DNA of 63,654 nt, counting the filler. It is 8 parts of 8 records of this genome, joined end to end, with 100 filler letters (N's around TTAATTAATTAA, not from the genome) between each part and the next. Parts side by side here need not be neighbours in the genome. Positions count along the whole stretch, not along the records: positions 1 to 8,616 come from SRR31147125_4776; positions 8,717 to 15,789 come from SRR31147125_4798; 6 more parts are not named here. One strand, given 5' to 3'. Below the pieces are notes generated by a model. The model was given only the letters and a program-made list of their open reading frames with translations, was not told the DNA's origin and did no database searches. Positions 1 to 10,374 of the stretch are shown here, piece after piece. Position numbers and translations under genes: made by a program. Numbering within the stretch: position 1 is the stretch's first letter; the number at the start of each line of letters is the position of its first letter.

Positions 1-1
1 C

Positions 2-829
2 AGAAATGTTGGGAAAGATGCGATGAAAGCTGACGGTACTGTAAACAGGGCTGCTTTACCAGCAATTTTTAACCCTGATGATTTGAATGCTTTAGAGCAA
101 GCATTACGTATAAAAGATAGATTCGAAGGATCAACAGTTACATTGCTTACAATGGGCCCGGGTAGAGCTGCCGAAGTTATTCGTGAAAGTTTATACCGTG
201 GAGCCGATAATGGATATTTATTAACAGATAGAGCATTCGCTGGTGCTGACACATTAGCTACATCATATGCATTGTCTTGCGCTATTAAAAAAATTAGTGA
301 ATACGATGTAATCATTGGTGGTCGTCAGGCAATTGATGGTGATACTGCACAGGTGGGTCCCCAGGTGGCTGAAAAACTGGGAATTCCCCAAATCACATAT
401 GTTGAAGAGATTTTAGATGCTACTTCAGACAAAATAGTTGTTAAAAGACGTCTCGAAAGAGGTGTTGAAACTGTTGAAGGTCCACTTCCATTGGTTCTTA
501 CAGTTCATGGTTCTGCTCCAGATTGCAGGCCACGAAATGCGAAATTGGTAATGAAGTATAAAAGAGCTTCTACAATAACCGAAAGACAAGATGCATCAGA
601 AGATTATCTTGCATTGCACTCCGACAGACCTTACCTTAATATCGAAGAATTAAGTGTAAATGATATAGAAACTGAAATCGAACAACTCGGTCTTTCAGGT
701 TCTCCTACGAAAGTGAAAACAATCGAGAATATTGTATTCCAGGCTAAAGAAGCTAAAGTACTTGCGCCAAGCGATGGAGATATTGATAGCTTAATGAAAG
801 AGTTAATCGAAAATCATACGCTTGGATAA
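2..829 (+). CDS. etfB: Electron transfer flavoprotein beta subunit (5' truncated by window edge)
   Basis: Motifs NPDDLNALEQAL, TMGP, DRAFAGADTLATS, GRQAIDGDTAQVG, GLSGSPTKV. Frame is open upstream of the listed ATG (RNVGKDAM). Directly precedes etfA. Confidence 0.95.
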   Translation, partial: RNVGKDAMKADGTVNRAALPAIFNPDDLNALEQALRIKDRFEGSTVTLLTMGPGRAAEVIRESLYRGADNGYLLTDRAFAGADTLATSYALSCAIKKISEYDVIIGGRQAIDGDTAQVGPQVAEKLGIPQITYVEEILDATSDKIVVKRRLERGVETVEGPLPLVLTVHGSAPDCRPRNAKLVMKYKRASTITERQDASEDYLALHSDRPYLNIEELSVNDIETEIEQLGLSGSPTKVKTIENIVFQAKEAKVLAPSDGDIDSLMKELIENHTLG

Positions 830-862
830 GCCTTAATAATCAATTTATTTAACTGAAAAAAG

Positions 863-1882
863 ATGAATAACATATTTGTTTATTGCGAGTTAGAAGAAGG
901 CAAAGTAGCTGACGTTAGCCTTGAATTACTAACAAAAGGTCGCAAATTAGCTAATACACTAGATTGTAAACTAGAAGCTTTAGTAATAGGGCACGATTTA
1001 AACGACATAGAAAAGCAACTTTATTTATATGGTGTTGACACTGTTTTTGTTGCTGATGATCACAGATTAGATCCTTATACAACATTACCACATACATCAA
1101 TTACTGTTAAATTGTTCATCGAGCAGAAGCCACAAATTGCATTGATGGGAGCAACAAGTATTGGCCGCGATTTAGGCCCACGTGTTTCTTCAGCTCTTAC
1201 CAGTGGTTTAACAGCAGACTGTACAAGTCTTGAGATTGGTGAACACACTGATAAAAAAGCGGGAAAAACATACGAAAATTTACTTTATCAAATACGTCCG
1301 GCTTTTGGAGGTAATATTGTTGCAACTATTATCAATCCTGAGCATAAGCCACAAATGGCAACGGTTCGCGAAGGTGTTATGAAAAAAGAAATTTTTTCTG
1401 ATACACATCAGGGAAAACTTGTAAAATTAAACGTAAGCCAATATGTTTCTGAAGAAGATTTTGTTGTAAAAGTTATCGAAAGGCATATTGAAAAATCGAA
1501 AGTAAATATTAAAAATTCTTCTATCATCGTTTCGGGTGGATATGGAGTTGGAAGTAAAGAGAATTTTGACTTATTGTATGAGTTAGCTCACACAATTGGT
1601 GCTGAAGTTGGAGCATCGCGTGCAGCTGTTGATGCCGGATTTGCTGGTCATGAAAGGCAAATCGGTCAAACAGGTGTTACCGTACGTCCTAAATTATATA
1701 TCGCATGTGGTATTTCTGGCCAGATTCAACATACAGCGGGTATGGAGGAATCGAGCATGATTATATCAGTAAATAACGATCCGGAAGCACCAATAAATAA
1801 AATTGCTGATTACGTAATTACCGGCAATATTGAGGATGTAATACCTAAGATGATTAAGTATTATAAACAAAATACAAAATAG
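863..1882 (+). CDS. etfA: Electron transfer flavoprotein alpha subunit
   Basis: GLTADCT, RPAFGG, GASRAAVDAG, QIGQTGVTVRPKLYIACGISGQIQH FAD-binding motifs. Confidence 0.96.
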   Translation: MNNIFVYCELEEGKVADVSLELLTKGRKLANTLDCKLEALVIGHDLNDIEKQLYLYGVDTVFVADDHRLDPYTTLPHTSITVKLFIEQKPQIALMGATSIGRDLGPRVSSALTSGLTADCTSLEIGEHTDKKAGKTYENLLYQIRPAFGGNIVATIINPEHKPQMATVREGVMKKEIFSDTHQGKLVKLNVSQYVSEEDFVVKVIERHIEKSKVNIKNSSIIVSGGYGVGSKENFDLLYELAHTIGAEVGASRAAVDAGFAGHERQIGQTGVTVRPKLYIACGISGQIQHTAGMEESSMIISVNNDPEAPINKIADYVITGNIEDVIPKMIKYYKQNTK

Positions 1883-1909
1883 TTAAGAAAGCATTATAAA
1901 ATAAAGAAA

Positions 1910-3613
1910 ATGGCAAATTTTTATACAGATAACCCAGAGCTTAAATTCCATCTTTCGCATCCGTTGATGAAGAAGATTGTAGCTCTTAAAGAAAATAATT
2001 TTGCAGATAAAGATAATTTCGATTACGCTCCATTGGATTTTGAAGATGCTATGGACAATTACGACAAGGTACTCGAAATTGTTGGTGAGATTTGTGGAGA
2101 TATTATCGGACCTAATGCAGAATCTGTTGATGCAGAGGGACCAGAGATTGTTGACGATCATGTTGTATATGCAAAAGGTACACAAGAGAATTTAGACGCA
2201 TTAAATCATGCTGGATTAATGGGAATTACCCTACCAAGAAAATATGAGGGGCTAAATTTCCCAATCGTACCTTATATTATGGCGGCAGATATAGTTTCAC
2301 GTGCTGATGCTGGTTTTGTAAATATTTGGGGGCTTCAAGATTGTGCTGAAACGATTCATGAATTTGCTTCAGAAGAGCAAAAAGAGAAATACCTTCCAAG
2401 AATATCAAATGGTGAAACTGCGGCAATGGATTTAACAGAGCCGGATGCAGGTTCAGATCTTCAGGCAGTTCAATTGAAAGCTACATATGATGAAGCTAAA
2501 GATCAATGGATTCTTAACGGTGTAAAACGGTTTATTACGAATGGTGATGGAGATGTATCTTTAGTTTTAGCACGTTCCGAAGAAGGAACTACAGATGCTC
2601 GTGGTTTATCCATGTTTATTTACGATAAGAGAAGCGATGCTGTAAAAGTTCGTAGGATAGAGCATAAAATGGGAATTATTGGTTCACCTACTTGTGAGCT
2701 TGTTTTCAAAGATGCTCCTGCAGAATTGGTTGGTAGCCGTAAAATGGGGCTTATAAAATATGTAATGGCATTAATGAACAGCGCACGTTTAGGAATTGCT
2801 GCGCAGTCTGTTGGTGTTATGGAAGCTGCATACAGAGAATCTTTGGTTTATGCTGAGGAACGTAAACAATTTGGGAAAGAGATTATTAAATTCCCTCAGG
2901 TTTACGAAATGCTTGCATTAATGAAAGCGAAGCTTGATGCTTCTCGTTCTTTATTATATGAAACGGCAAGATTGGTAGATGTATACAAATGTTATACATT
3001 CTTATCAGAAGAGAGAAAACTTGAGAAAGAAGAAAGAACTGAGATGAAAAAATATCAGAAATTAGCTGATATCTTTACTCCACTAGCAAAAGGTTTATCT
3101 TCTGAGTTTTCAAATCAGGTTGCATATGATGCAGTTCAAATTCACGGTGGTTCAGGTTTCATGAAAGATTACCCGGTTGAACGAATTTATAGGGATGCCA
3201 GGATTACTTCAATCTATGAAGGTACAACACAATTGCAGGTTGTTGCGGCCATCCGTGGAGTAACAACAGGTGGTTATCTAAATCAAATTAGAGCATACGA
3301 GGTTGAAGAGATTAAGCCAGAGCTTCATTCTTATAGAAGACATTTAATTAGCATGACAGAAGAGTATGAAGAGGCTGTAAACAAGGTTGTTGCTATTGAC
3401 GATTTAGAATTTACAGATTTCCATGCTCGTCGTATGGTTGAAATGGCCGGAAATATCATTATGGGATATTTATTGGTTATGGATACAAACAGGGATCATA
3501 AATATTGGAAATCTCTTGAAGTATTCTTGAAATACGCAAGGGCAGAGAATCGCTCAAGAGCGGAATATATTAGGATATCTACTGTTAACGATCTTGGTAA
3601 ATTCAAAAATTAA
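1910..3613 (+). CDS. Acyl-CoA dehydrogenase (Bacteroidota long form)
   Basis: MDLTEPDAGSD, LNGVKRFITNG, KMGIIGSPT, RKQFGK, QIHGGSG, IYEGTTQLQ. In an operon with etfBA. Confidence 0.95.
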   Translation: MANFYTDNPELKFHLSHPLMKKIVALKENNFADKDNFDYAPLDFEDAMDNYDKVLEIVGEICGDIIGPNAESVDAEGPEIVDDHVVYAKGTQENLDALNHAGLMGITLPRKYEGLNFPIVPYIMAADIVSRADAGFVNIWGLQDCAETIHEFASEEQKEKYLPRISNGETAAMDLTEPDAGSDLQAVQLKATYDEAKDQWILNGVKRFITNGDGDVSLVLARSEEGTTDARGLSMFIYDKRSDAVKVRRIEHKMGIIGSPTCELVFKDAPAELVGSRKMGLIKYVMALMNSARLGIAAQSVGVMEAAYRESLVYAEERKQFGKEIIKFPQVYEMLALMKAKLDASRSLLYETARLVDVYKCYTFLSEERKLEKEERTEMKKYQKLADIFTPLAKGLSSEFSNQVAYDAVQIHGGSGFMKDYPVERIYRDARITSIYEGTTQLQVVAAIRGVTTGGYLNQIRAYEVEEIKPELHSYRRHLISMTEEYEEAVNKVVAIDDLEFTDFHARRMVEMAGNIIMGYLLVMDTNRDHKYWKSLEVFLKYARAENRSRAEYIRISTVNDLGKFKN

Positions 3614-3633
3614 GATATCGAAAATGCAATATT

Positions 3634-3661
3634 AAAAAGCTCCACTTGTGGAGCTTTTTTT
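3634..3661 (+). terminator. Intrinsic terminator after the etf/ACAD operon
   Basis: AAAAAGCTCCAC-TT-GTGGAGCTTTTTTT perfect stem plus U tract. Confidence 0.85.
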
Positions 3662-3773
3662 GGGTTTAAACTATTTTTGGAGGTCTCTTGTTCTTTAATT
3701 TACAAAAATAAATAGCTTATTAACAAATAACCGTTATTAATCAAACAAATGAAACAAATAAGGTAAGTGCGAT

Positions 3774-3781
3774 TATTTTTG
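3774..3781 (+). promoter_or_regulatory. Bacteroidota -7 promoter box (TAnnTTTG)
   Basis: TATTTTTG 18 nt upstream of the ATG at 3800. Confidence 0.5.
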
Positions 3782-3799
3782 TACTAAATATTTATTGCT

Positions 3800-4246
3800 A
3801 TGAAAGAGTTTATCCAACAAACAATAGAACTACTTAAACTGAAAGTAAAGACTAACCTCGAAGAAATAAAAGAGAATCAACTTCAGATTAAAGAAATATT
3901 GAATCAGCCTACATCCTCAGAAAGAACCCGACTGTTTGATGAACGCTATAATGTGAACAAGCGTCTTTTAAGCGAGAATAACGATTTTATTAATGTTCAG
4001 TTAACCTTGATCAAATTCCTTGAAAAATACAAGGATACATCGTTAATGAATAATGTGGAATATGAGGCGATTGATTATACCGATGAGGAAGAAGTTTTTC
4101 AACATACGATTGAAGGACATCTGGAGTACAATCAAAGTCATCCGTTTTTTACAAACAAAAGCTTTTTAAGCAAACTTCTTGATCACTATATATTGAAAGA
4201 GGATTACGAGAAGTGTGAGAAATTGTCTCAATTGCTAAAGGATTAA
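3800..4246 (+). CDS. Hypothetical helical protein with C-terminal UVR-like motif
   Basis: 148-aa ORF, coiled-coil-like N-terminus, C-terminal KEDYEKCEKL resembling the UVR (EDYEKA) motif. Confidence 0.6.
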   Translation: MKEFIQQTIELLKLKVKTNLEEIKENQLQIKEILNQPTSSERTRLFDERYNVNKRLLSENNDFINVQLTLIKFLEKYKDTSLMNNVEYEAIDYTDEEEVFQHTIEGHLEYNQSHPFFTNKSFLSKLLDHYILKEDYEKCEKLSQLLKD

Positions 4247-4405
4247 TTTGTTAAAAATTAGTTTTGTAAATGATATCTGGTTATTGAAAATCATTTCTAG
4301 TCTTTATACGTATTCGATTAATTCTTATTCTTTTATTTATTTTTTTATCTAATTACTGTTTTTCTAACTATTTTGGGTATTTTTCCGCTGTAAAACAACG
4401 GAAGA

Positions 4406-6391
4406 ATGACAAAAAAAATAAAACAAACTAACAAAAAAGCTAAATCTATAGTTAAGAAAACTTTTCTTGAAAAATTGGATGATTTTTTCTCAGGAAAACT
4501 AAACTTATTTTTTATCCTATCCATTGGGTTAACCTTATTATTTGGGATTTTATTATTTAGCCTTCGAATTAGTGAGGGGGGCGATGACTCGTTATACATC
4601 CAGAATGCGAAACGCTTTCTTGAAGGTATTAGTTTTCCAACACACTTGGGTTCTTTTTATCCAATTTTTTTGGCGCTCCCAGTTAGTATTTTTGGAATAA
4701 ACCTATTTGTACTTAAAGTTTTTTCTTTCCTATTTATAATTGGGCATTTAGTGTTTTTTTATTTGGCATTTAGAAGTAGAGTGTCATCAACATTTCTGGT
4801 TGCTAGTTTATTATTTTGTGGGTTAAACTCTTTTTTTCTCTACTATGCCAGCCAAACTTACAGTGAAGCCATTTTTCTTCTACTCCAGTCATTATCGTTT
4901 TTCTATTTTTTCAGAATAACTGATACCATCGAAAAAAATAAGAATACAAACTTAAAACTTGATAAAAACTGGATACTCTTGGGGTTATTCATGTTTTTAA
5001 TGAGCATAACAAGAATGATTGGCCATGGTGTTATTCTTGCTGCAATCATTTATTTTCTGGTAAACAAAAATATTCGGGCAACAATCTTATCTATTATTTC
5101 ACCATTATTATTTTATATTCCTTACTTGATTTACAAAAGGATCATCTGGGGTGCATCAGATTCTGGCCGAATCGAAAAAATCTTTTACAAAAATTATTAC
5201 AATCCATCTGCCGGGACAGAAAACATAGCTGGTATGTGGGATAGAATTGTAGATAACAGCAATATTTATCTTTCCAGACACATCCCAACAATATTAGGAT
5301 TAAGAGAAGAAACTTACTTAACAAATTTGCCCTGGGTAACACTTCTTATTTATGCATTGTTTGGCATAGCTTTATTTTATGCTTTTAAAGAGAAAAAACG
5401 CTACCTGTTTATAGGGCTTTACATGTCTATATTAATTGGAGGAACATTTTTTACACTTCAGCAGGTATGGGGACAAATTAGGTTAATTCTTATTTATGTT
5501 CCATTGCTTTTAATATTCGTGCCATGGGGATTGGTGCAACTATCAAAATCTATAAAAGTCAAAATAATTCCATTTTTTGTTGTGCTATTTTTAGTAATCG
5601 TACTTTTTAATTCATTTAAGAAAACCATTGATAAGACGGATGAAAACAAGAAAGTTTTATCCAAGAATATGGGAGGTGATAAGTTCTATGGTTATACCCC
5701 AGACTGGGTAAATTTTCTTCGCATGAGCGAATGGGCATCTGAGAATGTGCCAGATACAGTTGTTGTTGGTTCTCGAAAACCTGCCATGTCTTTTATTTAT
5801 AGTGATGGCAGGGAATTTTATGGAGTTTATAAATTTTTAATGTACGATGCACAGGAATTAATGACTTCAGTGAAAGAAAAATACGGAGATATTATTGCCC
5901 TTGACATGAACCAACTACAAAACAAAAATATTAAAAGAGAATTTAGATATCTTTTAGGAAGAAGTAATGTCGGTTTTGTTTATGATAAATCAAATAGTTA
6001 CATATTGATTAATAAAAATGGTGCAACGGGTAACTTGATAAAGCAACAATTACAATTAAACAATATTGCTTACGATTCTACTTACAATGATTTCTATTCA
6101 AAAATTGAAGGCAAAATTGGTCAACTAAATTCTACATCATCAGATAGTTTGCTCCATCATTTGTATCAACATGATGTAGAATATTTGATTCGTGCCAGTT
6201 TAAGAGTAAACCCTCAAAGAAAAACAGACAGAACAATTAATACTGTAGCGAGATATATTTATTATATCGAATTAAAGTATCCGGGAATTTTTAAAGTCAT
6301 TCAACAAATAGGGAAAAAGGAAGACGAGCCTGCATTTCTGATTAAACTAAATTACGATACCTATAAAATTAACGAAGACTCCTTTAAATAA
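4406..6391 (+). CDS. Polytopic membrane GT-C-type glycosyltransferase (ArnT/PMT-like)
   Basis: About 10-11 hydrophobic segments, acidic GGDDSLY after TM1, YSEAIF motif, soluble C-terminal domain. Confidence 0.65.
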   Translation: MTKKIKQTNKKAKSIVKKTFLEKLDDFFSGKLNLFFILSIGLTLLFGILLFSLRISEGGDDSLYIQNAKRFLEGISFPTHLGSFYPIFLALPVSIFGINLFVLKVFSFLFIIGHLVFFYLAFRSRVSSTFLVASLLFCGLNSFFLYYASQTYSEAIFLLLQSLSFFYFFRITDTIEKNKNTNLKLDKNWILLGLFMFLMSITRMIGHGVILAAIIYFLVNKNIRATILSIISPLLFYIPYLIYKRIIWGASDSGRIEKIFYKNYYNPSAGTENIAGMWDRIVDNSNIYLSRHIPTILGLREETYLTNLPWVTLLIYALFGIALFYAFKEKKRYLFIGLYMSILIGGTFFTLQQVWGQIRLILIYVPLLLIFVPWGLVQLSKSIKVKIIPFFVVLFLVIVLFNSFKKTIDKTDENKKVLSKNMGGDKFYGYTPDWVNFLRMSEWASENVPDTVVVGSRKPAMSFIYSDGREFYGVYKFLMYDAQELMTSVKEKYGDIIALDMNQLQNKNIKREFRYLLGRSNVGFVYDKSNSYILINKNGATGNLIKQQLQLNNIAYDSTYNDFYSKIEGKIGQLNSTSSDSLLHHLYQHDVEYLIRASLRVNPQRKTDRTINTVARYIYYIELKYPGIFKVIQQIGKKEDEPAFLIKLNYDTYKINEDSFK

Positions 6392-6407
6392 TGGGACCAA
6401 TAAAAGA

Positions 6408-7172
6408 GTGACAATAATTGGTAGCGGGAACCTTGCAACAAATCTTGCAATTGAATTATACAGAAAAGAAATCAAAATTATTCAGGTATATTCAAGATCA
6501 ATGAATAACGCTGCAAACCTTTCAGGAAAAATTAATGCTGAACCTATTGATAATTTAGACAATCTAAAAGGTGAAACAGATTTAATAATAATCTCAGTTA
6601 CTGATAGTGTTTATTCAGGTGTGTTGGAAGAAATTCCTTTTAAAAATATATCAGTAGTTCATACCGCCGGGAGTATTCCAATAGATATTTTCACTGAAAA
6701 ATTTATGAACTTTGGTGTTTTTTATCCTTTTCAAACATTCAGTAAAGAAAGGACTATCGATTTTAAGCGTGTTCCCGTTTGTATTGAAGCCAATTCAAGT
6801 TTGCTGCTCGAAGAACTTACAAGAATAGGAAATTTAGTTTCTAATAAGGTGGTTGAAGTAAATTCAGAAAAACGCAAGAAATTGCACCTAACAGGAATCA
6901 TGGCAAATAACTTTTCAAACTTTTTATTTACTCTTTCTGGGGACTATCTTGAAAAACAAGGATTAGATTTCGAGATTCTTTTGCCGTTAATAGAAGAAAC
7001 AGTTGAAAAGATTAAACATTTACCACCAAAACAAGCACAAACAGGACCCGCAGCCAGGGGAAATAAAAATGTACTTGAAAATCATAAAGAGTTATTAAAA
7101 GATAATCAGCAGCTATTAGAGATTTATTCCGTGCTTTCTGAGAATATTCTCACGTATTATGGGAATACCTAA
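6408..7172 (+). CDS. Rossmann-like / DUF2520 oxidoreductase
   Basis: IIGSGNLA, HTAGS, FYPFQTFS, AQTGPAARG. True start is possibly the ATG at 6391 with a one-base slip (MGPIKRVTIIGSGN). Confidence 0.9.
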   Translation: MTIIGSGNLATNLAIELYRKEIKIIQVYSRSMNNAANLSGKINAEPIDNLDNLKGETDLIIISVTDSVYSGVLEEIPFKNISVVHTAGSIPIDIFTEKFMNFGVFYPFQTFSKERTIDFKRVPVCIEANSSLLLEELTRIGNLVSNKVVEVNSEKRKKLHLTGIMANNFSNFLFTLSGDYLEKQGLDFEILLPLIEETVEKIKHLPPKQAQTGPAARGNKNVLENHKELLKDNQQLLEIYSVLSENILTYYGNT

Positions 7173-7184
7173 AACAACAAATTT

Positions 7185-7192
7185 TATCTTTG
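7185..7192 (+). promoter_or_regulatory. Bacteroidota -7 promoter box
   Basis: TATCTTTG 17 nt before the ATG at 7210. Confidence 0.5.
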
Positions 7193-7209
7193 AACTGAAA
7201 AAATAAAAT

Positions 7210-7731
7210 ATGCCCAATATAAAAGAATTATTTAGTAGAGTAAAAGGTTTTGCTTTTGATGTTGATGGAGTTTTAACAGATGGATCTGTGATGCTGCATC
7301 CGGGTGGCGATATGATACGAGCAATGAATATCAAAGATGGATATGCAATTCAATATTGCATTAAGAAAAACTACCCGGTTGCTATTATTACCGGAGGGAA
7401 TTCGGAAATGGTAAGAGCCAGATTTGCTAATCTGGGTGTTACTGATATCTATATGAAATCGTATAATAAAATAGAGGATCTTGAGGATTATCGATTTAAA
7501 TACTCGCTTGAACTGGAAGATATTTTATACATGGGAGATGACTTGCCAGATTATGAGGTGATGGCAAAGGTTGGATTACCAACTTGCCCATCAGATGCAG
7601 TTGTTGAAATTAAAGGGATTTCAAAATATATTTCGCATAAAGATGGAGGTGCCGGCTGTGTTAGAGATGTTGTTGAGCAAGTAATGCGGGTACAAGGAAC
7701 CTGGATGGATTCAGAAGCTTTTGTATGGTAA
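7210..7731 (+). CDS. kdsC: KdsC/YrbI-family HAD phosphatase (KDO-8-P phosphatase)
   Basis: [38 protein letters not shown]. Confidence 0.9.
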   Translation: MPNIKELFSRVKGFAFDVDGVLTDGSVMLHPGGDMIRAMNIKDGYAIQYCIKKNYPVAIITGGNSEMVRARFANLGVTDIYMKSYNKIEDLEDYRFKYSLELEDILYMGDDLPDYEVMAKVGLPTCPSDAVVEIKGISKYISHKDGGAGCVRDVVEQVMRVQGTWMDSEAFVW

Positions 7732-8616
7732 AAGAAAATAAAATACTATCGTTATTTCGGCTTGTTAGAGCTGCTAACCTATTAATAATTGCGTTTACAC
7801 TTTATGTAGTTCGATATTTTGTTGTTCAACCTTATCTCACTCACCATAATCTTGAATTGCAATTTGGTGACAAGCACTTTTTTCTACTTGTTGCCGCGAC
7901 TATGTTAATTGCGGGTGGTGGTTATGTAATTAATGATTATTTCGATAGGAAAACAGATTTTCTAAATAAACCTGATAAAGTAATTGTTGGGCGCAAAATA
8001 AAAAGACGTAATGCCATGTTATTGCATTTAATCCTCAATGCATTGGGCATAGCCTTTGGGCTTTATATTTCATTTTATATCGGGTATCCGGTTATTGGTT
8101 TAATTTTTCCAATAATCTCAGGAATACTTTGGTTCTATTCAACAACTTATAAACGCCAGTTGCTCATCGGAAATATTATAGTTGCATTACTTACCGGGTT
8201 AGTTCCATTAATGGTCATTTTATTTGAAATTCCACTTCTTAACCAGGTATATGGTAAACGTATTATCCTCTTGAATATCTCGTTTAAGTATATAATTGCA
8301 TGGAGCCTGGCTTTGGCTGGTTTTGCTTTTATCATGAATTTGATCCGTGAAATAATAAAAGATACGGAAGATTTTGAAGGTGATGCTGCTTTTGGTCGTA
8401 ATTCAATTCCAATTGTATTTGGTATTCGAACTACGAAAATTATTATCAATATTTTAACCGTAATTACCTTACTTCTTATATTAATTATATCGCTTAAATT
8501 TTTTATCCTTAAGCTACAACCAACAGCGATGTTATTACCAATTCTTTATGTTTTTCTCCTTATTGTTTCCCCCTTATCTATATTATTTACCTCATAAATG
8601 ATGCAGATGAGAAAAA
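7725..8616 (+). CDS. UbiA-family prenyltransferase (geranylgeranylglycerol-phosphate geranylgeranyltransferase-like), 3' truncated
   Basis: [10 protein letters not shown] and [13 protein letters not shown] Asp-rich motifs. The stop at 8597 follows a C5 run; adding one C reads on ([15 protein letters not shown]) into the gap. Confidence 0.88.
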
Positions 8617-8716
8617 NNNNNNNNNNNNNNNNNNNNNNNNNNNNNNNNNNNNNNNNNNNNTTAATTAATTAANNNNNNNNNNNNNNNNNNNNNNNNNNNN
8701 NNNNNNNNNNNNNNNN
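8617..8716. other. Artificial contig linker
   Basis: 44 N + TTAATTAATTAA (stops in all six frames) + 44 N. Confidence 0.99.
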
Positions 8717-8718
8717 TT

Positions 8719-9108
8719 TTTGAGTCTCTGGATTTTATTATTGATAAAAATTATTCAAGTAAAATTGAAGAGAAAATTAGTATTGAAACCAAATCTATAA
8801 ATTATATATTTAACAGTAGTGATATTATATATATTGAGATTATAAATAGTAAATTAAATATTGTGACCGCAAATAAAAAATATGTATTAAATAGATATCC
8901 TTTAAACTCTCTAAAAAAGCAATTATCTAAAGAAAAGTTCATTCAATGTTTTAGGTCGATAATTGTAAATGTATCTTATGTTCAGCGATTAATCCATACA
9001 AAAGAACTAACAGAAATTGAATTAATGCACTTAGATGAACGCCTTCCTGTAGGCGGAGTCTACAAGGAAAGATTACAAAAATGTCTTGAGCATAAGGTAA
9101 AAATATAG
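8719..9108 (+). CDS. LytTR-family (AgrA/VirR-like) response regulator, C-terminal part
   Basis: Frame is open from the contig edge: ...SSDIIYIEIINSKLNIVT...LSKEKFIQCFRSIIVNVSYV...RLPVGGVYKERL, a LytTR DNA-binding domain pattern. Abuts AgrC-like genes. Confidence 0.85.
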   Translation, partial: FESLDFIIDKNYSSKIEEKISIETKSINYIFNSSDIIYIEIINSKLNIVTANKKYVLNRYPLNSLKKQLSKEKFIQCFRSIIVNVSYVQRLIHTKELTEIELMHLDERLPVGGVYKERLQKCLEHKVKI

Positions 9109-10374
9109 ATGTTTGAAAACTTAATTTTTAGTCCTATCTTTTTACTTTTACTTATAGCAAATTCAATTATAATTATTATCCCTATGATGGCAATTTTTAA
9201 GCCTTTTAAGAGTAACGAAAAAGAATATTTAATTTTTACTATCTTTCTATTTATTAGCATACTCGCATATCAGTTTTTTATGAATAATCTAGCCTTTTCG
9301 ATTTTATCTCATGTATATTACGTCCTACTATTAAAGTTAATATTTAAAATTCAATTTAAAAAAGTTTTATTTATATATCTTATTTTAATAATTACACGTT
9401 CATTAATTGATTCAATAGTAGTAGGTTTTATGATATATATTTTAAATATTTCACTTGCAGAGATAATACAGAATGATTTGTATATAATTTATAATTGTAT
9501 TGCTACGACTGTATTGACATATTCTCTGTTTAAGCTTATAGATGCAAGAAATAAAATCATCAAATATGAAATTGTAATTGAGAAAATTGGAATTATTTTA
9601 GTAAATGGTTTTCTTATAATGCTTATATTTAGGTTTTTGATGAAAGATAGAGTATTATCGGATACCGTAGTTTTTAGGTTTTTGATAGTCGCTTTTATAA
9701 TGTTCATTAGTTTAAATGTTTTTGCGTTTAAAGTCTTTGTAGATACTATATACGAACAACGCATATCCGCACAAAACAAACATTATGTTGACTCGTTATC
9801 TTCAATGATTAATTCTTTGCAATATAACCAGAAAAGGTTTCATGATTCTTTAAACAAAATTATACAAATGGAATCTGAAGATGAAAGTAATAGTCAAATA
9901 TTTAACTACATTAGTGAATTAAAATATGATTTTGCAAAATACGAAATACCACTGAAAATAAATTCGCCGACCATCGCATCAGTAATTGCAGGTAAAGAAT
10001 ATTTAGCACTTGACAAAGGATGCATTTTAAAATTTAACTTACAGACAGAGGAATACCCATACCAAGATTACCAGTTTACCAATATATTATCATTAATTAT
10101 TGATTTGGGCATTAGGCTGGAAATTAATTACGGAAATAAAAGGGAAATATCTCTAAAAAGCATAAAAGATGAAGACAACGTTATTTATTCAATAGAACTA
10201 GAATCATTAAGCTGCGGCATAAATGAACTGGAGAATATAGTATTAAAGACTTTTAAAAGCATTAAAAATACAATTAAGAAAAAAGACGGTGAAATTGTAA
10301 TAGTGCTGAATGATGATAGCGTAAACATAGGTATATCCACTCCGTTAAACAAAGGAGGGATGAATTATGTTTGA
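9109..10374 (+). CDS. AgrC/VirS-like membrane sensor with degenerate kinase domain
   Basis: Six to seven TM segments, then a GHKL-like region paralogous to the next gene. H-box reads QKRFHDSLNK, N-box reads LSLIIDLGIR (no Asn), and there is no GxGL. Confidence 0.7.
   Translation: MFENLIFSPIFLLLLIANSIIIIIPMMAIFKPFKSNEKEYLIFTIFLFISILAYQFFMNNLAFSILSHVYYVLLLKLIFKIQFKKVLFIYLILIITRSLIDSIVVGFMIYILNISLAEIIQNDLYIIYNCIATTVLTYSLFKLIDARNKIIKYEIVIEKIGIILVNGFLIMLIFRFLMKDRVLSDTVVFRFLIVAFIMFISLNVFAFKVFVDTIYEQRISAQNKHYVDSLSSMINSLQYNQKRFHDSLNKIIQMESEDESNSQIFNYISELKYDFAKYEIPLKINSPTIASVIAGKEYLALDKGCILKFNLQTEEYPYQDYQFTNILSLIIDLGIRLEINYGNKREISLKSIKDEDNVIYSIELESLSCGINELENIVLKTFKSIKNTIKKKDGEIVIVLNDDSVNIGISTPLNKGGMNYV

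Noticed and set aside
8661-8672. Recurrent TTAATTAATTAA palindrome as a biological repeat or CRISPR
   Set aside because: Always centred in 88 Ns. It is a six-frame stop linker added during concatenation.
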